A stretch of 32,000 bases of DNA, from positions 90,001 to 122,000 of the forward strand of contig JASBSB010000001.1 of the NCBI GenBank assembly GCA_030149205.1. Reading direction: 5' to 3'. The position numbers and the translations under genes were made by a program. The DNA is from Candidatus Heimdallarchaeota archaeon (lineage in GTDB: Archaea; Asgardarchaeota; Heimdallarchaeia; Heimdallarchaeales; Kariarchaeaceae). Shown here piece by piece: positions 25,767 through 32,000 of this stretch (position 1 is the stretch's first letter; every line of letters starts with the position of its first letter). The notes under the pieces were generated by a model that had not been told where the DNA came from, did no database searches, and was given only the letters and a program-made list of their open reading frames with translations.

Positions 25767-26572
25767 GGCAATTAATTTTAATGTTCCCAGAGAGAGATGG
25801 ATTGATACCAGTCAGCGAATATTTACATCCAGCTCTATGGGTTGTGGGAGAGAAAACCCAACAGGAGAAAAAAAATTATAGTAATTTTTCAATGCTTGAG
25901 TTATTGTATGCCGAATTTAATGCAAATAAATTAAACAGGATAAACATTATTGGAGATCACTCTATAGAACAATTACAGACATGGGTAAATCAGATCTCAA
26001 ATGAATATAACATCAAAACAACCCTTCAAATCCTACATGAAAAGTATAGTGCGGAACAACTAATTAATCTGGAAGATGAAGACTTGATTATATACCCAGG
26101 TCATATTCTTACAAATGCAAATCTTTCAGACTTTGTCAACTTTGATCTTTCACACAACGGACTAGGGACACTATTAGTAATGAGAGGAGTGAAATATAGG
26201 GTTGGTATAACAGAAATCGAAAAGGGAACTCAGGACGTGTTAAGATTCCGTGAGAAACCCTTTATTCATGATAAGTTAGCCTACACCAGTATATTTACAT
26301 TGAAGAAAGGATGGAAAAAATATCTAATTCAGTTCTTAAGTCAAGTTTGGGATCCAACCACAACAAAATCTATCTTAAGAAAACATGGGTATAAGTCTTC
26401 ATTACACCTCTTCGTAAAATTTTTGATAAAAAATGGGGACATGAAAATTTATGAGATGGAGTCAACTAAGACTGTACCTTGGTTCAAAGATTTATCTCAA
26501 CTTGAAACTTGGATGAAATTGAATACTGATGAAATATATGATAATTTAAAAAGTGTGTTAGAACAGTATTAA
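25763..26572 (+). CDS. Degenerate nucleotidyltransferase-like paralogue (probably inactive)
   Basis: Same fold cues (IYPGHILTNANLSDFVNF, GTLLV, VLRFREKP, AYTSIF, WFKDL), but the GGxGxR loop and conserved Lys are replaced by MFPERDG...HPA. ATGA overlap with the upstream gene. Confidence 0.7.
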   Translation: MRQLILMFPERDGLIPVSEYLHPALWVVGEKTQQEKKNYSNFSMLELLYAEFNANKLNRINIIGDHSIEQLQTWVNQISNEYNIKTTLQILHEKYSAEQLINLEDEDLIIYPGHILTNANLSDFVNFDLSHNGLGTLLVMRGVKYRVGITEIEKGTQDVLRFREKPFIHDKLAYTSIFTLKKGWKKYLIQFLSQVWDPTTTKSILRKHGYKSSLHLFVKFLIKNGDMKIYEMESTKTVPWFKDLSQLETWMKLNTDEIYDNLKSVLEQY

Positions 26573-26592
26573 GTTAGATCTCTAAGCCATAT

Positions 26593-28125
26593 CTATGTAG
26601 ACCGTCTTTTTCTTCTTTTAGGTTTGGTTTTTCTTTGGGTTGCTTGAGAGGTACTTGAAGGGGTTTCTCCACCTTCAAAGGCTTCACGGGATGTCACTGC
26701 TTTGCCCCTTTTAATCATTGATTCAATCTCAATTTCAGAGATTATAAGCTCCTCAGATTTTCTGGAAATATTTAGTAATTTAATTAGCAAGAGAGATACA
26801 CCTAAAATTAAAAACACTAAAGGAACAAATACAAGAAGCAATCCTTCAGGTTGATTGAACTCTATTGACTGTGTTATAGTTTTAGGAAAATTGATGTTTT
26901 GGTAGAAGAGCTTTGGATTTAATACTAACCAAGAAAGAAGTAATATTGCTGAGATTCGCAAAATTGAGGAAAGTGAAATGTAAAACAAAATGTAAAGGGG
27001 GTTAAATGTTTTTGCCGTCGTTCCTCCTAGTTTTTGGTTCAATTTCTGATCGTGTCTTAACAATCCTTCGTAATATCTTTGCAATCTTCCTGTTAGTTTA
27101 GCTTTTTCACCTCCAGGTCTACTAAAGAGTGAGGACTGTGTGTTTTCTAAGAGGAACAAAAGGGCCTCTCCCCCAAACTTTTTGGCTGATGTGGAACCTG
27201 ATCCACCAGCACTCATTGAGATAGCGTCCCCAGAAACTTGCTCTTCTTGACTTGTTTGTACTTTACGATCAACAATTTTTCCAGACTCATCAAACTCAGT
27301 TACTCCAAGTTTAAATTTAGATAACTCTTCTAATTGTTTGGCAACTCTATTTTGTCGTTCCAAATTAGGGTTCACAAGGGAAGCAAGGTAACTGGTTTGA
27401 AATGCGAATTCAAGGAAAAGGTAGGAAACAAAACCGATTTGGAAATAGGAAGACCCTAGGAGCGTAAATACGGTTGAACTATTAAAAGATAAAGGAATTA
27501 CCCTTTGCATAAAAAGTGCATAGGTTAAAGCAATCTGAGTTGAGAGAAATGTAGATATTGCTTGTGAAAGATTTCCTTTAATTACAAAATTGATTCCGGT
27601 TATTAGAGCTAAAAAGAGGAAAAATAAGATCATCCCATTTACAATAATTGGTTCATAAATATCTCGTTGAGGTTTATTCAAAAGATAAACCAGAGGATGC
27701 AATGCATCTGCACCAGAGCCAAGATAAGAGGTTGTATTTAACCCTATTATACTTAGGTTTAAGCTCTGAAATAATACCTTTTCCACAAATGCCCTAGTTA
27801 TATAAGTTAATTCTGTTGACAGAGCGTTAGAAGAAATATTAATTAGCGGAATGAAAGAAATTAGAATTGCTAATCCAGTAGCAACATAGGTAAACAGTGC
27901 AAGTAATACACTGAAGATCAAGAGGAAAATAAAATAAATAAAACCAAATAAGTTGTTCAAATTTTTAACTTCGGGAGTTACAACACCCCAAATCTGCAGA
28001 AAGAGTACTAATAGCATAATTGATCCAAAGCTTCGGATAATAATCTGTGAGGATCTAATTTTAAGTCTCTCGACTCGAAAAATATCTGCTGCTCTCTGAA
28101 TTTGACTAGAAATACTCATCTTCAC
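26593..28125 (-). CDS. Polytopic membrane protein of unknown function in the MoxR operon
   Basis: Many hydrophobic segments, a large central soluble loop and a basic C-terminal tail; 5 nt downstream of moxR. The start may be ATG 28119. Confidence 0.8.
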   Translation of the reverse strand: MKMSISSQIQRAADIFRVERLKIRSSQIIIRSFGSIMLLVLFLQIWGVVTPEVKNLNNLFGFIYFIFLLIFSVLLALFTYVATGLAILISFIPLINISSNALSTELTYITRAFVEKVLFQSLNLSIIGLNTTSYLGSGADALHPLVYLLNKPQRDIYEPIIVNGMILFFLFLALITGINFVIKGNLSQAISTFLSTQIALTYALFMQRVIPLSFNSSTVFTLLGSSYFQIGFVSYLFLEFAFQTSYLASLVNPNLERQNRVAKQLEELSKFKLGVTEFDESGKIVDRKVQTSQEEQVSGDAISMSAGGSGSTSAKKFGGEALLFLLENTQSSLFSRPGGEKAKLTGRLQRYYEGLLRHDQKLNQKLGGTTAKTFNPLYILFYISLSSILRISAILLLSWLVLNPKLFYQNINFPKTITQSIEFNQPEGLLLVFVPLVFLILGVSLLLIKLLNISRKSEELIISEIEIESMIKRGKAVTSREAFEGGETPSSTSQATQRKTKPKRRKRRST

Positions 28126-28130
28126 ACCGC

Positions 28131-29126
28131 TTAAACAGGAACAGTAGTGGATTTCATTATATCTTCAATTACTACCTGCCCACTGGTGCCCTCAAGTTCA
28201 GTTTCAGCCTTTAGCTGAAGTCTATGATGTATGGTTGATACCATAACACGTTTACAGTCATCAGGTATAACATAATTTCTACCTTGTAATGCAGCAAACG
28301 CTTTAGAATGACTCATGAGTGCAATTGATGCACGTGGTGAGCATCCCAAAACTAACCTGGGATCAGTTCGAGTTTTGACAACAACATTTCTCATATATTG
28401 CATAACCTCATCAGAGATATAGATATCGTTTTTTACAACATCTATCATTCTGTTAATAGTTTGACCAGTCGTCACCCTCCTTACTTTGAGTTTGGTACCC
28501 TCATGTTTCAACCTGATTATGTCTAGCTCTTCATCTGAAGAGGGCAGGGTTAGAACAAGTTTCATACCAAATCGATCTACCTGAGCCTCAGGAAGTGGAT
28601 ATGTCCCCTCTTGCTCAATTGGGTTCTGAGTAGCAATTACAATAAAAGGTCGATCAAGTTTGTAAGTTGTACCTTCTATAGATACCTGTTTTTCTGCCAT
28701 TGCCTCTAACAACGCTGCTTGTGTTTTTGGTGGGCTTCTATTAATTTCATCTGCAAGTAATAGATTGGAGAAGATGGGGCCACGTCGTAATTTAAATGTC
28801 GCTGTTTTGGGGTCAAAGATATTAGTTCCTAATACATCAGATGGAAGTAAATCGGGTGTAAATTGCGCTCTATTAAACTCTAAGCCAATTGCACTTGCAA
28901 AGGCATTGGTAATATGTGTTTTTGCGATACCAGGTACTCCTTCTAACAAGATATGCCCTTCACCGAGCAAAACAATCATAATATCTTCAAGCACATCTGC
29001 TTTTCCAATTACCACCTTTTTTACCTCTCTAAAACATTCATCCCAGATATTTTTTATATCCTGTGGGAGCATTGTTGTGTCTTTAGAAGTTTTTGGGGTA
29101 GGTTCTTCTGATTTTTTGTCTGCCAT
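28131..29126 (-). CDS. moxR: MoxR family AAA+ ATPase
   Basis: HILLEGVPGIAKT, RAQFTPDLLPSDVLG, LLLADEINRSPPKTQAALLEAMAE, IATQNPIEQEGTYPLPEAQVDRF and SPRAS. Confidence 0.95.
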   Translation of the reverse strand: MADKKSEEPTPKTSKDTTMLPQDIKNIWDECFREVKKVVIGKADVLEDIMIVLLGEGHILLEGVPGIAKTHITNAFASAIGLEFNRAQFTPDLLPSDVLGTNIFDPKTATFKLRRGPIFSNLLLADEINRSPPKTQAALLEAMAEKQVSIEGTTYKLDRPFIVIATQNPIEQEGTYPLPEAQVDRFGMKLVLTLPSSDEELDIIRLKHEGTKLKVRRVTTGQTINRMIDVVKNDIYISDEVMQYMRNVVVKTRTDPRLVLGCSPRASIALMSHSKAFAALQGRNYVIPDDCKRVMVSTIHHRLQLKAETELEGTSGQVVIEDIMKSTTVPV

Positions 29127-29248
29127 AGCTTCACCAATTATGTTTATACAAATTGTTTCTGATGTTGAGATAAAAAAAGGTTCCTTATCAAAATTTGAGA
29201 TAAGACTTTTTTTTTAAACATTGTTTAACAATAATCAAAGGTTTTATT

Positions 29249-30787
29249 TCACCCTATATTTTTCATCTTTGAAAATTCGGTCATAACATTTGCTAACATA
29301 TCATCTGGGCCAACACTAATAGAGAGTACGTCAAATCCTCTGAGTTTCTTAAAAAGTTCAGTTCTTCTTGCGATTAAGGACTCCTGAATCGCCTCACCAA
29401 TAATTCGATCTGTTGGTGTTAGATCTGCTAATTTTGACTCAAACCACGGACCGAATGGAGATATAATTGTTACTCGGTGCTTGTGTGCCCTAAGCTTCTT
29501 CATTGATTCTAGCAGATCTTCTGAAGGATATTCAAGATCTGTAAAAAGGACTATATAACTTGCTTTGTTTAATCTAGGGACAAGGTATTCAGTTGCACCT
29601 AACACATCCGGAGAGTTTTGAGGATTAATGTTTGCAAGAGCTTCAAGAAATTGGAACATGAATGATTGAGATGATTTAGGTTCCATCCATGTTCTAGGTT
29701 CTTTATCAAACACAAATAACCCAACAGTATCTTTTTTCTCCTGAGCAAGGTAGGCCATTAGCACCGCACTTCGAATTGAATATTCAAGTTTTGTGTTTCT
29801 TGGTAGACCTGCACCCATCGAACTGCTAGCATCAACCATGAGTATCACCCGAATGTTTTGTTCAGACTCGAACTCACGAACCAACATTTTTTCTCCTCCA
29901 CTTTTTGCAACTGAAGGCCAATGAATAAATTTCATGGGGTCTCCTGGTTGATAGGTTCTGATACCGAAGAAATCAGTCCCAGATCCTTTAATTCTTGTTT
30001 TATGTGCACCAAAGAGAACTCCAAGTTGTCTCTTTGATCCCAACATCTCTAATTTCTTAATGTCCTCGTATGATGGGTAGACTGTAAGTTCTGTTAGTTC
30101 AGCCAAAATAGCCTCAGTCGAAAAAAAGCCTTGCCTATCGTGTATAATAACTTTCGTTGGGCCAATTAAAAATTTACCTCGAATTGGTAATCGAACAATG
30201 TAAGCAAACACTATCGATTGTTTACCTGCAAGTTGTGTAACAAGAAAATTCTCACCTAACACCAGATCAAAAACCTCTGGATACGCATCATAGATCTCCA
30301 GTTGGGGAATCTGGTTAAACGATTTGTTCTTCACTAAGACCTCGATCAAAAGGTAATCCCCAGCAAAGGCTTTTTCTTTTGCTACACGTCTAACAATCTT
30401 AATGCTTTTGTAATCCGCTCCAGTTGCAAACAAAGGAAAGCTTATGACAACAGAAAAGATTAGCATGGTACCCAATAAAATGAAAAAGTAAATACTTGAT
30501 GAAGGAATAAAGAAAAGTTTATTGAAAATCAGCCTTAGAAAAAACTCGCCAATCGTGGATCCTAAGACCTGTCCCATCCCATCAATACCATTTGTCCCTA
30601 AGATCCGGGAGTTGCTTGGGTACATATTTTTTAAACTTTGATCACTCACAGCCCCTTGTGCAAGTTGTACAAGAAATGTGTTAGAAAAAATGGAAATTGC
30701 GATGTAACCTGCAATTGCAATTCCAATTGAAATGAAGATAAGTCCTAAAAATACAATTTGACCTCCTCGTTTCGTGAAAATCGTCAT
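29249..30787 (-). CDS. DUF58 domain (vWA-related) membrane-anchored MoxR partner
   Basis: N-terminal TM helices, an Ig-like segment, GSGTDFFGIRTYQPGDPMKFIHW, LVREFESE and ILMVDASSSM. Confidence 0.9.
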   Translation of the reverse strand: MTIFTKRGGQIVFLGLIFISIGIAIAGYIAISIFSNTFLVQLAQGAVSDQSLKNMYPSNSRILGTNGIDGMGQVLGSTIGEFFLRLIFNKLFFIPSSSIYFFILLGTMLIFSVVISFPLFATGADYKSIKIVRRVAKEKAFAGDYLLIEVLVKNKSFNQIPQLEIYDAYPEVFDLVLGENFLVTQLAGKQSIVFAYIVRLPIRGKFLIGPTKVIIHDRQGFFSTEAILAELTELTVYPSYEDIKKLEMLGSKRQLGVLFGAHKTRIKGSGTDFFGIRTYQPGDPMKFIHWPSVAKSGGEKMLVREFESEQNIRVILMVDASSSMGAGLPRNTKLEYSIRSAVLMAYLAQEKKDTVGLFVFDKEPRTWMEPKSSQSFMFQFLEALANINPQNSPDVLGATEYLVPRLNKASYIVLFTDLEYPSEDLLESMKKLRAHKHRVTIISPFGPWFESKLADLTPTDRIIGEAIQESLIARRTELFKKLRGFDVLSISVGPDDMLANVMTEFSKMKNIG

Positions 30788-31183
30788 AACTTATCAATGT
30801 TCAAATAGCTCACACTTAAAACTAGCTAATTTAATTTGAATTAAATTTGAGTTTGAAGACAGTTATTATGCATGAAAAAGGTCAGTTTAGAGAATTGGGT
30901 AATTTTTAATATTATCGGGATTATTCTGGGAATAACTATGTGATAATTCTCGAGGTAAACTAGATTTTCCATTCGGGTCTATAGAGATTGAATCTTAATG
31001 GAGGAAAAATTATTTTGTCTTGAAAGAAATTATGTTAAAGAAAGCATCTTTCAATACAAGCAGACTTAAAGCTGGCTGGGATGTAATTTAATATTTCAAT
31101 ATGTGACAGATCAAAGAAAAGATCGTGTGCGGGAAGTGATTTTATAGTGAAAACTGTGAAACGTTGTCTATGGCCAAAAATTT

Positions 31184-31942
31184 TCATAGAATAACATTCA
31201 TCTTTATCATTTTGTCAACTTTAACGTTACTATTGCTTGAAACATTTAAAAACCTCAATGAGATTGGTAAATCCTCTTTAGTGAGTTGAGTTAGTTCATT
31301 AAAAGAGAGGTCTAAACACCTGAGATTGTTTAAATTTCTAAAATCTACTGTTTTAATATTATTCCCTTTCAACTTTAAGTGAGACAAATTAGGGAAAATT
31401 TGTGTTAATGTGTCTAATTCTTCCAACTGATTCCACGATAGGTCCAACTTCCTCACTCTCGGAAAAATAACTTTACTAGGGTTGCTGAGTTCTCCTATAA
31501 AGTTTTCAGAGAGGTCAAGCTGTCTTAATTCAACAAATTTTTTTAGAAAATTGAATAAGATCGCTGTAGAATGGTTTCTCAGTCCTGAAACCTTGAGACT
31601 ATATATAGACTTTGAATTTAATGGCGGTTTCGAATCAATGTAATAATCAAAATTAATTTGCAATTTTTTTGTTTGTGAAAGATTTTTGGGAATTTCTAGA
31701 ACTGATGAGTTAAGAACTAATTCCCTAAGATTTGGCAACGATGCAAGTTCGTTGGGTAAATAAGTCAGATTTCTCTCGACAGAGATCTTAGAGATAGGTG
31801 TTGATAAATATTTTTTATACTTTTCATCTATTATTAGTTGTTTGGGAAGATGGAATACATCCCCTAATTTCCGACTTTTAACTTCTCCAGAGATCCTGAG
31901 CTCTGACAAAACTGTCTCAAGAATCTCCTTCTCTGTCTTCAT
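31184..31942 (-). CDS. Leucine-rich repeat protein
   Basis: LxxLxLxxN repeats: LRQLDLSENFI, VRKLDLSWNQL, LSHLKLKGNNI, LRCLDLSFNEL, LRFLNVSSN. Confidence 0.9.
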   Translation of the reverse strand: MKTEKEILETVLSELRISGEVKSRKLGDVFHLPKQLIIDEKYKKYLSTPISKISVERNLTYLPNELASLPNLRELVLNSSVLEIPKNLSQTKKLQINFDYYIDSKPPLNSKSIYSLKVSGLRNHSTAILFNFLKKFVELRQLDLSENFIGELSNPSKVIFPRVRKLDLSWNQLEELDTLTQIFPNLSHLKLKGNNIKTVDFRNLNNLRCLDLSFNELTQLTKEDLPISLRFLNVSSNSNVKVDKMIKMNVIL

Positions 31943-32000
31943 TTTATTAAATTGGGGGAATTATTATAATACTTTTATGGTCAATGAAGTAAATAAATAG

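Noticed and set aside
28765-29217. 150-aa plus-strand ORF
   Set aside because: Shadow of moxR on the opposite strand, with no motifs.
30828-30847. AATTTAATT-tg-AATTAAATT palindrome upstream of the DUF58 gene
   Set aside because: A/T-only arms in a very AT-rich spacer; expected by chance.
30788-31183. 396-nt gap searched for a small gene or RNA
   Set aside because: Only very short ORFs (for example 23 aa from an ATG near 30998) and no tRNA or stable structure recognised.
1-32000. Mobile elements, rRNA/tRNA genes, defence systems
   Set aside because: No transposase, integrase, terminal repeats with target duplications, RNA gene signatures or obvious compositional island were seen.

Overview
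AT-rich, densely coding chromosomal window from an Asgard archaeon. Heimdallarchaeia/Hodarchaeales-like is a guess; the exact lineage cannot be fixed from sequence alone. Archaeal markers are an archaeal-type DnaG and an archaeal GluRS. Eukaryotic-signature proteins are two Rab-like small GTPases, a gelsolin-domain protein of the 1DGelX type and a probable multi-longin/roadblock protein. An LRR protein is also present. Housekeeping content: ABC-2 exporter, TldD/TldE, TrmB regulator, grpE-dnaK-dnaJ, a nucleotidyltransferase pair, a DUF58-MoxR-membrane protein operon and a heavily N-glycosylated surface protein. Most notable observations: (i) a short-alpha3 histone resembling Bd0055/face-to-face histones rather than nucleosomal HMf; (ii) dnaG apparently starting at a non-canonical ATC behind a perfect GGAGGT, carrying a ~125-aa Arg/Gly/Ser-rich insert, with its last codons and stop tandemly duplicated; (iii) a dispersed candidate proto-trafficking/cytoskeleton set; (iv) several apparently catalytically dead enzyme homologues. 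No rRNA, tRNA, CRISPR array or mobile element was recognised. All family assignments come from motif recognition by eye, with no database searches.
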